DNA of 64,000 nt from an uncultured Dehalococcoidia bacterium (GTDB lineage: Bacteria; Chloroflexota; Dehalococcoidia; Lucifugimonadales; UBA1123): assembly GCA_958296105.1 (NCBI GenBank), contig OY282441.1, forward strand, positions 2,984,773 to 3,048,772. Reading direction: 5' to 3'. The translations under genes and the position numbers were made by a program. Under the pieces are notes generated by a model. That model did no database searches. It was not told the DNA's origin and saw only the letters and a list, made by a program, of their open reading frames with translations. Numbering within the stretch: position 1 is the stretch's first letter; each line of letters begins with the position of its first letter. Shown here in pieces: positions 37,825-48,460 of the stretch.

Positions 37825-38155
37825 TTAGCCAGCTTGATTAGCCAGATGGCAACCGCCCCGCTGGGGAGCATTGGAAAGCATCCGAGATACGCAGATTATG
37901 AACATCCTCCGCTCCTCACAGAGACACTTGGCGGCTTTGTCCCATCGTCGCCTTGTCGACTGGCGACAAAGCTCTCACTACATTCATCGACGGTTGCGGT
38001 GACGCTGATCTGTCCACTAGAGCCGATGAGTGGCAGGGCAGACCAGCGCCCCGTTCCGTCGTCAGCCGACGTCACCTGAGACGAGCCTTGTATATTTCCA
38101 GCTTTCACCGTAGCTGACGACCAACCCTCTACACGGCATATCCCCGAATCCGCAG

Positions 38156-41100
38156 CTAACTGGGCGTGAGCGTGGCGGCAGGCGTAGGCGTGGCGGTAAT
38201 GGGTTCGGCGGCAGGCGTAGGCGTGGCGGCAGGTGTAGGCGTAGGCGTAGGCGTGGGTGTAGGCGTCGATGTGGGTTCGGCGGTAGGTGTAGGCGTAGGC
38301 GTGGCGGCAGGTGTAGGCGTAGGCGTGGGCGTGATGATAGGTGTAGGCGTAGGCGTGATTGTAGGCGTAGGTGTGGGCGTGGCGGTCTCGCCGCCGCAGA
38401 ACGGCAGGCCAAGCACCGAGAAATCGTTAGTTTGCACACGCCGCAAGCCTTCAGGCACACATCCGCTCGACTTATTGCCGCGGAGGTACAGCAGCTCTAG
38501 GTTGGCAAGATTGCCCAGCTCCTTCGGGATCGCGCCGCTCAGCTGATTGCTGGAGAGCCACAGCTCTTTCAGGCTGTCGAGTCTGCCCAGCTCTGGCGGA
38601 ATCTCGCCGCCCAGCTGATTGTCGTAGAGTACCAGATGTGTCAGATTGTCGAGTCCGCCCAGCTCCGTCGGAATCTCGCCGCTCAGCTGATTGAAGGAGA
38701 GGATCAGTGATGTCAGATTGTCGAGTCCGCCCAGTTCCGTCGGAATCTCGCCGCTCAACCGATTTCTGGCGAGCCACAGCTCTCTCAGGCTGTCGAGGTT
38801 GCTCAGCTCCGTCGGGATCTCGCCGCTCAGCTGATTGTTGTAGAGGACCAGATCTTTCAGGCTGTCGAGGTTGCCCAGCTCCGTCGGGATCTCGCCGCTC
38901 AGCTGATTGAAGGAGAGTACCAGATGTGTCAGATTGTCGAGGTTGCCCAGCTCCGTCGGAATTTCGCCGCTCAACCGATTGCTGTGGAGAAATAGCGTTG
39001 TCAGATTGTCGAGGTTGCCCAGCTCCGTCGGAATTTCGCCGCTCAACCGATTGTCGTGGAGGTCCAGTCCCGTGACGCGCCCGCTGTCGTTGGTGGAGAC
39101 TCCGTACCATTCACCGATTGGCATGTCGCTCAGCCAGTTTGTGTTGTTCGCCCAGCTGCGACCGTTGGCGGCTTTGTAGAACGCTGTCAAGGCGGCTCTG
39201 TCCGTCGAAGCTCCGCCCGATGTTGGCGTTGGCGTGGGGGTAGGCGTTGGCGTGACGGTAGGCGTGGGGATCTCGTCGCCGCAGAACGGCAGGCCAAGCA
39301 CCGAGAAATCGTTGTCCCGCACACGCCGCAAGACCGCAGGCACACATCCGCTCAGCTGATTGTCGCCGAGCCACAGTATCTCTAGGTTGGCGAGATTTCC
39401 CAGCTCCGGCGGAATCACGCCGCGCAGCTGATTGTCGTAGAGCCACAGCTCTCTCAGGCTGGCGAGGTTGCCCAGTTCCGGCGGAATCACGCCGCTCAGC
39501 TGATTGTCGCCGAGCCACAGCTCTTTCAGCTTGGCGAGATTGCCCAGTTCCGGCGGAATTTCGCCGCTCAGCTGATTGTCGCGGATATACAGCCGCTCTA
39601 GGTTGGCAAGATTGCCCATCTCCGGCGGAATCACGCCGCGCAGCTGATTATTGTCGAGCCACAGCTCTCTCAGGCTGGCGAGGTTGCCCAGTTCCGGCGG
39701 AATCACGCCGCTCAGCTGATTGTCGTGGAGGTTCAGTCTCGTGACGCGCCCTCTGCCGTCGGTGGCGACTCCGTGCCATTCACCGATTGGCATGTCGCTC
39801 AGCCAGTTTGTGCTGTTCGTCCAGTTGCGTCCGTTGGCGGCGTTGTAGAACGCTGTCAAGACGGCTCTGTCGACGGGCGTGGGTGTGGGAGTCTCGTCGC
39901 AGAACAGCAGGCCAAGCACCGAGAAATCGTTGTCCGGTACACGTCGCAAGCCCGCAGGCACACATCCGCCCAGCTGATTGCCGCGGCGGAGGTACAGCAG
40001 CTCTAGGTTGGCGAGATTTCCCAGTTCCGGCGGAATCACGCCGCGCAGCTGATTGTCGTAGAGCCACAGCTCTCTCAGGCTGGCGAGGTTGCCCAGCTCC
40101 TGCGGAATTTCGCCGCTCAGCTGATTGTCGTGGAGGTACAGCAGCTCTAGGTTGGCAAGACTTCCCAGCCCCTGCGGAATCACGCCGCTCAGCTGGTTGT
40201 CGAGGAGGTTCAGCTCCGTGACGCGCCCGCTGCCGTTGGTGGTGACTCCGTACCATTCACCGATTGGCATGTCGCTCAGCCAGTTTGTGTTGTCCGCCCA
40301 GCTGTTGCCGTTGGCGGCTTTGTAGAGCGCTGTCAAGGCGGCTCTGTCCGTCGAAGCTCCGACTGATGCTGTTGGCGTGGGCGTGGGCGTCTCGTCGCAG
40401 AACGGCAGGCCAAGCACCGAGAAATCGTTGTCCTGCACACGCCGCAAGCCCGCAGGCACACATCCGCTCAGCTGATTGTCGCCGAGCCACAGCAGCTCTA
40501 GGTTGGCAAGATTTCCCAGCTCCGTCGGAATCACGCCGCTCAGCCGATTATCGGGGAGGTACAGCACTCTCAGGCTGGCGAGGTTGCCCAGCTCCGTCGG
40601 AATCACGCCGCTCAGCTGATTGTCGCCGAGCCACAGCTCTTTCAGCTTGGAGAGGTTGCCCAGTTCCGTCGGAATCACGCCGCTCAGCTGATTGCCGAGG
40701 AGGACCAGATGTGTCAGTTCGGCGAGGTTGTCCAGCTCCGTCGGAATCACGCCGCTCAGCTGATTGTCTTGGAGGTGTACCCACTCCAGGTTGGTAAGAC
40801 TGCCCAGCTCCGTCGGAATTTCGCCACTCAGCCGATTGGCGTGGAGGCCCAGTCCCCTGACGCGCCCGCTGCCGTCGGTGGAGACTCCGTACCATTCACC
40901 GATTGGCATGTCGCTCAGCCAGTTTGTGCTGTTCGTCCAGCTGCGTCCGTTGGTGGCGTTGTAGAACGCTGTCAAGGCGGCTCTGTCGATGGGCGTGGGT
41001 GTGGGCGTGGCGGTCGCATCGCCGCAGAAGGGCAGCCCAAGCCCCGAGAAATCGTTTTCCGGCACACCCCGCAAGCTCGCAGGCACACATCCGCGCAGCT

Positions 41101-43537
41101 GATTCTCGCCGAGCCCCAGCAGCTCGAGGTTGGTAAGACTGCCCAGTTCCGGCGGAATCACGCCGCTAAGTTGATTGCCGAGGAGGACCAGATCTCTCAG
41201 GCTGGCGAGGTTGCCCAGTTCCGGCGGAATCACGCCGCCCAGCTGATTATGGTCGAGCCACAGCTCTCTCAGCTTGGCGAGTTTGCCCAGCTCCGGCGGA
41301 ATCACGCCGCTCAGCTGATTGTCGTAGAGTTGCAGTCCCGTGACGCGCCCACTGCCGTCGGTGGAGACTCCGTGCCATTCACCGATTGGCATGTCGCTCA
41401 GCCAGTTCGTGTTGTTCGCCCAGCCGTTGCCGTTGGCGGCATTGTAGAACGCTGTCAAGGCGGCTCTGTCCGTCGAAGCTCCGCCTGATGCTGTTGGCGT
41501 GGGCGTGGGCGTCTCGCCGCAGAACGGAAGGCCAAGCACCGAGAAATCGTTGTCCTGCACACGCCGCAAGCCCGCAGGCACACATCCGCTCAACCGATTG
41601 TCGCCGAGCCACAGCAGCTCCAGGTTGGTAAGACTGCCCAGCTCCGGCGGAATCTCGCCGCTCAGCTGATTGTCGTAGAGGACCAGCACTCTCAGCCGCC
41701 TGGCGAGTTTGCCCAGTTCTGGCGGAATCTCGCCGCTCAGCTGATTGTCGTGGAGGTACAGCTCTCTCAGCTTGGCGAGTTTGCCCATCTCCGGCGGAAT
41801 CACGCCGCTCAGCTGATTCTCGGGGATGTACAGCACTCTCAGGTTGGTAAGATTTCCCATCTCCGGCGGAATCACGCCGCTCAGCTGATTGTCGTGGAGG
41901 TCCAGCACTCTCAGGTTGGTAAGACCGCCCATCTCCGGCGGAATCACGCCGCTCAGCTGATTGTCGTAGAGTTCCAGCTCCGTGACGCGCCCGCTGTCGT
42001 CGGTGGAGACTCCGTACCATTCCCCGATTGGCATGTCGCTCAGCCAGTTTGTGCTGTTCGTCCAGCTGCTGCCGTTGGCGGCGTTGTAGAACGCTGTCAG
42101 GGCGGCTCTGTCGATGGGCGTGGGAGTGGGCGTGGCGGTCTCATCGCAGAACGGCAGGCCAAGCCACGAGAAATCGTTATCCGGCACACGCCGCAAGCCC
42201 GCAGGTACACATCCGCTCAGCTGATTGTCGCCGAGATGCAGCCACCGCAGGTTGGTAAGACCGACCAGTTCCGGCGGAATCACGCCGCTCAGCTGATTCT
42301 CGGGGAGGTACAACTCTCTCAGGCTGGCGAGATTGCCCAGTTCCGGCGGAATCACGCCGCTTAGATCATTATAGTCGAGCCACAGCATCTCTAGGTTGGC
42401 GAGGTTGCCCAGTTCCGGCGGAATCACGCCGCTCAGCTGGTTGTCGTAGAGGTCCAGTTCCGTGACGCGCCCGCTGCCGTCGGTGGTGACCCCGTACCAT
42501 TCACCGATTGGCATGTCGCTCAGCCAGTTTGTGTTGTCCGCCCAGCTGCGTCCGTTGGTGGCGTTGTAGAACGCTGTCAGGGCGGCTCTGTCGGTCGAAG
42601 CTCCGCCTGATGCTGGCGTGGGCGTGGCTGCGGTCGCATCGCCGCAGAACGGCGGGCCAAGCGCCGAGAAATTGTTGTCCGGCACACGCCGCAAGCCCGC
42701 AGGCACACATCCGCTCAGCTGATTCTCAGGGAGGTACAGCACCTTCAGGCTGGCGAGGTTGCCCAGCCCCGGCGGAATCTCTCCGCGCAGCCGATTGTGG
42801 ATGAGGTGCAGCACCTCTAGGCTGGCGAGATTTCCCATCTCCGGCGGAATCACGCCGCTCAGCTGATTGTCGCCGAGCCACAGCTCTCTCAGGTTGGCGA
42901 GATTTCCCATCTCCGGCGGAATCACGCCGCTCAGCTGATTGTCGTAGAGGAACAGATTTATCAGGCTGGCGAGATTTCCCATCTCCGGTGGAATCTCTCC
43001 GCTCAGCTGATTATCGTCGAGCGACAGCTCTGTCAGGCTGGCGAGATTGCCCAGTTCCGGTGGAATCTTGCCGCTCAGCTGATTGTCACCGAGCTGTAGC
43101 CACCCTAGGCTGGCGAGATTGCCCAGTTCCGGTGGAATCTTGCCGCTCAGCTGATTGTCACCGAGCTGTAGCCACCCTAGGCTGGCGAGATTGCCCAGTT
43201 CCGGCGGAATCTCGCCGCTCAGCTGGTTGTCGTAGAGGTTCAGTCCCGTGACGCGCCCGCTACCGTCGGTGGCGACTCCGTGCCATTCCCCGATTGGCAT
43301 GTCGCTCAGCCAGTTTGTGCTGTTCGTCCAGCTGCTGCCGTTGGCGGCGTTGTAGAGCGCTGTCAAGGCGGCTCTGTCGGTCGAAGCTCCGCCTGATGCT
43401 GCGGGCTTGGACGTCGTTGGCGGCGCGGGTGTATCGAGTGGGGACGGCTCAGGTGTCGGCTGCGCTCCATCGGCGCAGCCCGCGCCAAGTGCCAGCGCGA
43501 CTGCAACCGCTGCTGCCACGACTGCCATTAGCTTCAT
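38156..43537 (-). CDS. Giant secreted/lipoprotein with 8 super-modules of plant-type (24-aa) leucine-rich repeats and PT-rich linkers
   Basis: 1793 aa. Signal peptide ending ALGAGC. Eight modules each begin DRAALTA(F/L)[24 protein letters not shown](H/Y)GV..D..GRVT.L.L. Each module then has 4-8 LxxLxxLxLxxNQLSGxIPxELGN repeats and a [23 protein letters not shown] cap. TPTPTP tail. Confidence 0.85.
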   Translation of the reverse strand: MKLMAVVAAAVAVALALGAGCADGAQPTPEPSPLDTPAPPTTSKPAASGGASTDRAALTALYNAANGSSWTNSTNWLSDMPIGEWHGVATDGSGRVTGLNLYDNQLSGEIPPELGNLASLGWLQLGDNQLSGKIPPELGNLASLGWLQLGDNQLSGKIPPELGNLASLTELSLDDNQLSGEIPPEMGNLASLINLFLYDNQLSGVIPPEMGNLANLRELWLGDNQLSGVIPPEMGNLASLEVLHLIHNRLRGEIPPGLGNLASLKVLYLPENQLSGCVPAGLRRVPDNNFSALGPPFCGDATAATPTPASGGASTDRAALTAFYNATNGRSWADNTNWLSDMPIGEWYGVTTDGSGRVTELDLYDNQLSGVIPPELGNLANLEMLWLDYNDLSGVIPPELGNLASLRELYLPENQLSGVIPPELVGLTNLRWLHLGDNQLSGCVPAGLRRVPDNDFSWLGLPFCDETATPTPTPIDRAALTAFYNAANGSSWTNSTNWLSDMPIGEWYGVSTDDSGRVTELELYDNQLSGVIPPEMGGLTNLRVLDLHDNQLSGVIPPEMGNLTNLRVLYIPENQLSGVIPPEMGKLAKLRELYLHDNQLSGEIPPELGKLARRLRVLVLYDNQLSGEIPPELGSLTNLELLWLGDNRLSGCVPAGLRRVQDNDFSVLGLPFCGETPTPTPTASGGASTDRAALTAFYNAANGNGWANNTNWLSDMPIGEWHGVSTDGSGRVTGLQLYDNQLSGVIPPELGKLAKLRELWLDHNQLGGVIPPELGNLASLRDLVLLGNQLSGVIPPELGSLTNLELLGLGENQLRGCVPASLRGVPENDFSGLGLPFCGDATATPTPTPIDRAALTAFYNATNGRSWTNSTNWLSDMPIGEWYGVSTDGSGRVRGLGLHANRLSGEIPTELGSLTNLEWVHLQDNQLSGVIPTELDNLAELTHLVLLGNQLSGVIPTELGNLSKLKELWLGDNQLSGVIPTELGNLASLRVLYLPDNRLSGVIPTELGNLANLELLWLGDNQLSGCVPAGLRRVQDNDFSVLGLPFCDETPTPTPTASVGASTDRAALTALYKAANGNSWADNTNWLSDMPIGEWYGVTTNGSGRVTELNLLDNQLSGVIPQGLGSLANLELLYLHDNQLSGEIPQELGNLASLRELWLYDNQLRGVIPPELGNLANLELLYLRRGNQLGGCVPAGLRRVPDNDFSVLGLLFCDETPTPTPVDRAVLTAFYNAANGRNWTNSTNWLSDMPIGEWHGVATDGRGRVTRLNLHDNQLSGVIPPELGNLASLRELWLDNNQLRGVIPPEMGNLANLERLYIRDNQLSGEIPPELGNLAKLKELWLGDNQLSGVIPPELGNLASLRELWLYDNQLRGVIPPELGNLANLEILWLGDNQLSGCVPAVLRRVRDNDFSVLGLPFCGDEIPTPTVTPTPTPTPTPTSGGASTDRAALTAFYKAANGRSWANNTNWLSDMPIGEWYGVSTNDSGRVTGLDLHDNRLSGEIPTELGNLDNLTTLFLHSNRLSGEIPTELGNLDNLTHLVLSFNQLSGEIPTELGNLDSLKDLVLYNNQLSGEIPTELSNLDSLRELWLARNRLSGEIPTELGGLDNLTSLILSFNQLSGEIPTELGGLDNLTHLVLYDNQLGGEIPPELGRLDSLKELWLSSNQLSGAIPKELGNLANLELLYLRGNKSSGCVPEGLRRVQTNDFSVLGLPFCGGETATPTPTPTITPTPTPIITPTPTPTPAATPTPTPTAEPTSTPTPTPTPTPTPAATPTPAAEPITATPTPAATLTPS

Positions 43538-43804
43538 GCGATACTCCCAAACTGCCAGATACGGCCAAAAGTCAGGACATTATACCCCAGCCGCTCCGCT
43601 AATCTACAGGGCAGCGCGCCGGTACTCCTCTCACGCGCTGACAACATTGGGAACGAGGGGCTGCGGCTGCGCTCGGTGTTGCGAGCGCAGCTGAACATGT
43701 TGGCGCGCCGGACGAAGCGGCACGGCAATAGCGTAGAGACGCTGGCGGGGCGTTGTCGATGGCGCGGCCCAATATAGTATCAGCGCGTGAAGAGAATACC
43801 CCGA

Positions 43805-43833
43805 TTGACAGCCATTTATACCTCTGTTAGCAT
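43805..43833 (+). promoter_or_regulatory. Candidate sigma70-type promoter upstream of glmU
   Basis: TTGACA (43805-43810), 17-nt spacer, TAGCAT (43828-43833). About 100 nt upstream of the glmU ATG. Confidence 0.3.
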
Positions 43834-43933
43834 GAAGCGAATTGGAAGACCTACCTCATAGACTCATCGGCAGTTTTGCGCTTGGCTTGGGAAGTTGCGA
43901 CTTCATGGCTGGGCGCGTTTTTGTTTCATTCCT

Positions 43934-45292
43934 ATGACGAACTTCGCAGCCGTAGTTCTTGCCGCAGGCAGGGGCGCACGCATGAGGTCACGCATTCCAA
44001 AGGTGTTGCATCGCGTCTGCGGCAAGCCGATGGCATCCATCGCAGCGTCCGTTGCGAGCGACGCCGGGCTGGAGCCGATTGTATTCGTGACGCCGCCAGA
44101 CTCCGCCCCCGTGCGATCCGCCATTGGTGACGGCTGCGCTTACGTCGTCCAAGAACAGCCCATGGGAACGGGCCACGCCCTGCTCCAAGCCCAAGAGGTC
44201 TCCCGCGAGTACGAAGACCTGCTGGTGATGAACGGCGACATACCCCTGATTACGTCATCGACCCTCGAATCGCTGGCAGAGGCTCATATCAGGTCCGGCG
44301 CTCCCGTCACGATTCTGGTGTCCACCGACATCGACCCCAATGGACTCGGCAGAGTCGTTCGAGACGCCAGCGGCGGAGCTGCCGCGATCGTCGAACAGAA
44401 CGATGCAGACGAACAGACACTCGCAATCGGCGAGGTCAACGTTGGCGTGTACTGCTTTCGGACGCGCTGGCTTTGGCGAAATCTGCCTCGTCTGACGCCG
44501 TCGGAAAGCGGCGAGACGTACCTCACCGACCTGATCGCGCGCGCCGCGCGGCAGGGCCATCGCGTGGAGACGATCCGCGCGCACGACGGGAATGAAGCGT
44601 GGGGTGTGAACACGCGCGAGGAGCTGGCGAGGGCCGAAGCGATCATGCGCGACAGGATTCGCCGCCAATGGATGGCGGAAGGAGTCTCCATCCCCGATCC
44701 CCCGTCCGTCTACATCGACTGCGACGCTCGGATCGGAATGGATACCGTCCTGCTGCCCAACACCCACGTCAGGGGTGCGACGAGCATCGGCGAGGCGTGC
44801 GAGATAGGCCCGAACTCGATAATCTCGGACTCCGAGATAGGAGACCGCAGCCTCGTAGTGGCATCGGTCGTCGAGGATGCGACCCTAGAGACCGATGTCA
44901 GCGTCGGACCATTCAGCCACATACGGCCACGTGCCCACTTGGAATCGGGCGTCCACATCGGCAACTTCGGCGAGATCAAGAACAGCCGCATAGGGAAGGG
45001 CGCCAAGTCCGGACACTTCAGCTATATAGGAGACGCCGAGGTGGGTTCCAACGTCAACATCGGCGCGGGGTCCGTCACCTGCAACTTCGACGGGCAGGAC
45101 AAGCACGCGACCGTGATAGGCGACGACGCCTTCATCGGCTCATCCACCATGATGGTAGCGCCGCTGAGAATCGGCGCGCGCGCCTACACGGGAACCGGAT
45201 CGGTGGTCACCAAGGATGTGCCGGATGACTCAGGGGCTGTCGGCGCGCCCGCCAGAATCAGATCGAAAAGACCCAGTCAAGGCGGATCCTAG
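43934..45292 (+). CDS. glmU: Bifunctional UDP-N-acetylglucosamine diphosphorylase/glucosamine-1-phosphate N-acetyltransferase
   Basis: AVVLAAGRGARMRSRIPKVLH N-terminus and a C-terminal left-handed beta-helix of hexapeptide repeats. Start ATG 43934. Confidence 0.9.
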   Translation: MTNFAAVVLAAGRGARMRSRIPKVLHRVCGKPMASIAASVASDAGLEPIVFVTPPDSAPVRSAIGDGCAYVVQEQPMGTGHALLQAQEVSREYEDLLVMNGDIPLITSSTLESLAEAHIRSGAPVTILVSTDIDPNGLGRVVRDASGGAAAIVEQNDADEQTLAIGEVNVGVYCFRTRWLWRNLPRLTPSESGETYLTDLIARAARQGHRVETIRAHDGNEAWGVNTREELARAEAIMRDRIRRQWMAEGVSIPDPPSVYIDCDARIGMDTVLLPNTHVRGATSIGEACEIGPNSIISDSEIGDRSLVVASVVEDATLETDVSVGPFSHIRPRAHLESGVHIGNFGEIKNSRIGKGAKSGHFSYIGDAEVGSNVNIGAGSVTCNFDGQDKHATVIGDDAFIGSSTMMVAPLRIGARAYTGTGSVVTKDVPDDSGAVGAPARIRSKRPSQGGS

Positions 45293-45405
45293 CGTCGTGT
45301 CCAGATGGCATTGCCAGTATGATCGTGTCACACTTTCCCACATTCGTATGGACCCGCGCCAGTTCCACAGATTGGTGAACCGCCGCCCCGCAGTGGAGCG
45401 CTAAA

Positions 45406-46644
45406 TTGGAGAGCGACAGTACGTTATCGGCGCTGGCCCTAGCTGTATCGGCCCTGCTCCTGGCGATTTCGGAGGCGGGCGCTGCCGCAATAGCCGCGGC
45501 GCTTCGCGCTCCGATCCAACAGGCCTCGAACGGCTCTCCGTCTCGCGCCAGATCGCTGGGCTTGCTAACGAATCTGCCCGGCGGTCCGACGGCTTCACTG
45601 AGACTCGTCAGCCTCGCCGCGCTTGCCGCGTCGATGCTCTCCGCAGCCGTCACGGTCGCCTCCATCTGGGGCGCGCGCTGGGATCTGGTCGCCGTATATG
45701 GGGTCGCGGCTCTGGCGGCTCTGATGGTCGTCACCTTCTTGGCGCGCGGAGTCGGGATTCGGAACTCGGATGCGATGCTCGGCGTCAGCTCCAGAGCGGC
45801 TTGGCTGCTCTCTTTTCCCTTCAGACCCGTACTCCTGCTCCACTCGTACATACTCCACAGCCTCGCCTCCGACCAGACCGCCCCCGACATGGACTTCGAG
45901 ATCTCCGTCGATACACACGACGAGCCGCTGGACGAGTACGAGATGAGGATGATCAGGGGAGTGGTGCGGCTGGACAAGACGGTGGCGCGCGAGATAATGG
46001 TGCCGAGAGTCGATATTGTGGCGGTCGAGTCCAGCGAGTCGCTCGATGCGCTGGCGGAAGAGATGAACTCCGCAGGTCACAGCCGAGTGCCAGTGTTCGA
46101 GCGGGACTTGGATAGAGTATCGGGCATTGCGCACGCCAGAGACGTCCTTCAGAAGCTCGTGAGCGGATGCGACCCTTCCAAGATTACAGCCCGAGACGTG
46201 TGCCGAGATCCGCTGTTCATACCCGAGTCCAAGACGCTCGAAGAGCTTCTCGAAGAGTTTCAGCAGAAGCGAACTCATCTGGCAGTGGTGGTGGACGAGT
46301 ACGGAGGCGTTTCGGGAATCGTCACCATCGAGGATCTGCTCGAAGAGATAGTGGGCGAGATTCGAGACGAGTTCGACACGGAGGAGTCGGAGATTCAGAG
46401 CTTGAGTCCATCGAGGTTCTTGGTGGACGCCCGAGTTCCGATCGACGACCTCAACGAAACGCTCGGCGTGCAGATCGTTGGCGACGGGTTCGATACCATC
46501 GGCGGCTTGGTGTTCGATCAGCTGGGAAAGATACCAGTAGCCGGCGATACCGTCGAGTACGGCAGACTCAGCATCGAAGTCATAAGCACCATCGGGCGAA
46601 GGCCCACGTCTCTCATCGTGCGCGTTGCAAGCGCGGAGCGATAG
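45406..46644 (+). CDS. HlyC/CorC family transporter (CNNM/DUF21 TM domain + 2 CBS + CorC_HlyC)
   Basis: 412 aa. ...VREIMVPRVDIVAV..., HSRVPV, AVVVDEYGGVSGIVTIEDLLEEIVGEI, with a C-terminal CorC domain. TTG start. Confidence 0.85.
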   Translation: MESDSTLSALALAVSALLLAISEAGAAAIAAALRAPIQQASNGSPSRARSLGLLTNLPGGPTASLRLVSLAALAASMLSAAVTVASIWGARWDLVAVYGVAALAALMVVTFLARGVGIRNSDAMLGVSSRAAWLLSFPFRPVLLLHSYILHSLASDQTAPDMDFEISVDTHDEPLDEYEMRMIRGVVRLDKTVAREIMVPRVDIVAVESSESLDALAEEMNSAGHSRVPVFERDLDRVSGIAHARDVLQKLVSGCDPSKITARDVCRDPLFIPESKTLEELLEEFQQKRTHLAVVVDEYGGVSGIVTIEDLLEEIVGEIRDEFDTEESEIQSLSPSRFLVDARVPIDDLNETLGVQIVGDGFDTIGGLVFDQLGKIPVAGDTVEYGRLSIEVISTIGRRPTSLIVRVASAER

Positions 46645-46845
46645 CGAGTAGCGCGAGTACAGCAGACTCGGCATAGAGGTAGTGAGCGCCGCCCGCTGCT
46701 CGGACGAGAAGGCCCCACGTCTCTCATCGCGCGCGTTGCAAGCGAGTAGCGCGAGTACAGCAGACTCGGCACAGAGGTAGTGAGCGCCGCCCGCTGCTCG
46801 GACGAGAAGGCCCCACGTCTCTCATCGCGCGCGTTGCCGCTGCGG
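46555..46845. repeat. ~97-100-bp tandem repeat: one diverged copy forms the 3' coding end of the CorC-like gene, and two near-identical copies follow downstream
   Basis: GAGTAC(G/A)GCAGACTC...GGCCCACGTCTCTCATCG(T/C)GCGCGTTGCAAGC recurs with GAGTAC at 46555, 46655 and 46752. Downstream copies carry a 17-nt insert relative to the coding copy. Confidence 0.8.
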
Positions 46846-47079
46846 AGATTCAGGCTAACCTCGAACCGCCCCCGTACTTGGGCTGAGTTTTCATCCCGTA
46901 CTGACAACACCCAGCCGCGGCCTGTCACCAAGCGTGGGTCGGACAGCCGCAGCCAGCCTATTCCCGCCCCTCGGCCCCGCATATGTGCGCTCAGTATCTC
47001 AGGATTGCGGATAGACAGGCAGAGACGGTTCGAGAGCCGTTCCTATTTGGACTCCCTTCCCATGTGTGTCCTCCCTCCT

Positions 47080-47262
47080 CCGCGCTTCATCGGAACGACG
47101 GGCAGGGTAGGGCAGCTGCCGCTCGTGGGCGCGATTACAGTATGCCGCGCTTCACCGGAACGGAGCAGGGGTAGGCAGGGTAGGGCAGCTGCCGCTCGTG
47201 GGCGCGACTACAGTATGCCGCGCTTCACCGGAACGGCGGGCAGGGTAGGGGTAGGTATTTCG
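47080..47262. repeat. 65-73-bp intergenic tandem repeat (about 2.6 copies)
   Basis: CCGCGCTTCA(T/C)CGGAACG...CAGGGTAGGGCAGCTGCCGCTCGTGGGCGCGA(T/C)TACAGTATG starts at 47080, 47145 and 47218. Confidence 0.8.
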
Positions 47263-47294
47263 CCAGATGTCGGAGTTTGTGAGTGACACACAAC

Positions 47295-47318
47295 GACGCC
47301 TCCGAGATCGGAGGCGTC
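47295..47318 (-). terminator. Hairpin downstream of the collagen-like gene (possible terminator)
   Basis: GACGCCTCC-N6-GGAGGCGTC is a perfect 9-bp stem. On the minus strand it is followed by GUUGUGUGU, a weak U-tract. Confidence 0.3.
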
Positions 47319-47352
47319 GCGCGTACTATCTAGGCTGTGTGTTGGGTGGCGG

Positions 47353-48228
47353 CTACTTTTCCTCTGCGACCACGAGAGGCGCGGTTGCCGAGGAACCCTT
47401 GTTGCCGACCGCTTGCAGGGTGTAGATGCCTGCGCTCAGCGGGTTCGGAGATTCCACCATGAACGCGCCCGATCCGTTGGCTGTCGCCCCAACTAGGATG
47501 CGGTTGTTCCCACCGTCTGCGGCGGCGACTGCGATCATGGTCACGGCTTCGCCTGCATCGAATCCCGCGCCCCAGACGCTGATGTCTTCGCCAACGGCTG
47601 CTGCTGCCGCGAGCAAGCTGGTGTCCACAGATGTTTCGGACGCAGGCGCGGCGATGACCCTAACAGGAACGCTTGCCCTGCTTCCATCAGCCCCGTGCGC
47701 CAAGAACGATCTCTGGCCCCTTGCCCTGTCTTGGCTGGCTGCCGCGCCGCCGATCTCGTCGAACGAGACCATGAACGCGCCGGCTTCGTTGGCCTGAACC
47801 TGTGAGCCTCTGGCTCCGCCTGCGATGATCGTAAGATCCGGACCTACTCCGAGCATCAGAGTTACAGGCTCGCCGGGCAGGAATCCAGAACCCCACACCG
47901 TGATCGGGTCGCCGGAAGTGGCAAGCTCTGTCTTGTTAATCGAGATCGCCGCCTCGGGGGAAACCCCCGGAGGCCCCTGAAGGCCCGGAGCGCCTGGAGG
48001 CCCTGGAGGGCCGGCGCTACCGGGGTTGCCGGGGTTGCCGGGCAGTCCGGGCAGTCCCGGCTCGCCCGGAGGACCTGCAGGACCCGGCTGTCCAGAGTTG
48101 CCGGGGTTGCCGGGCAGACCCGGAAGTCCGGGTTCGCCTGGTGGTCCCTGGCAAGCAATCAGCGCGAATACTAGAACGGAAGAAAGCAGGGCTAATACCA
48201 TACCCTTCATGGGGAAACGCCTTCTCAT
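47353..48228 (-). CDS. Collagen-like triple-helix-repeat lipoprotein with two C-terminal Ig-like/beta-sandwich repeats
   Basis: Signal peptide + lipobox (LIAC), then ~31 uninterrupted G-X-Y triplets ([17 protein letters not shown]...). Two similar ~90-aa segments follow ([17 protein letters not shown] / [17 protein letters not shown]). GAGGGGG SD lies before ATG 48228. Confidence 0.7.
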   Translation of the reverse strand: MRRRFPMKGMVLALLSSVLVFALIACQGPPGEPGLPGLPGNPGNSGQPGPAGPPGEPGLPGLPGNPGNPGSAGPPGPPGAPGLQGPPGVSPEAAISINKTELATSGDPITVWGSGFLPGEPVTLMLGVGPDLTIIAGGARGSQVQANEAGAFMVSFDEIGGAAASQDRARGQRSFLAHGADGSRASVPVRVIAAPASETSVDTSLLAAAAAVGEDISVWGAGFDAGEAVTMIAVAAADGGNNRILVGATANGSGAFMVESPNPLSAGIYTLQAVGNKGSSATAPLVVAEEK

Positions 48229-48460
48229 CTGACCCCCTCTCGAGATGATTCCTATGGGTCGAAGTCCAATCTGTCGAGTCCGTTCCCGGACTAACGACGC
48301 TCGGACATAAATGGTTTCGCCGGACATTCCGGCACTGCACAAACGCGGCATAATCATATGCACCTCTCAGTTGTATGTCAAGTGTTTCCGAACCTATTGG
48401 GGCAGCAACCACGCGCCTTGTCACCCCTGCCTGAGCTTGCTATATTCTGTTGGCTGAAGT

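Noticed and set aside
38166-43602. Many 60-260-aa ORFs on both strands inside the LRR gene (for example 38472..39110, 40709..41488, 41750..42364).
   Set aside because: They are periodic shadow frames generated by the 72-bp LRR DNA repeat. The 1793-aa frame alone gives a coherent signal peptide, LRR consensus and caps.
43665-43692. Perfect 10-bp stem hairpin (CTGCGCTCG-N5-CGAGCGCAG) upstream of the LRR gene.
   Set aside because: No U-tract follows on either strand and there is no recognisable riboswitch context. It is noted only as possible leader structure.
14752-47262. Possibility that the tandem repeats (14.75 kb, 15.2-16.8 kb, 46.6 kb, 47.1 kb) are CRISPR arrays.
   Set aside because: The units are contiguous or overlap coding sequence. 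There are no unique spacers of regular length, and no cas genes are present in the window.
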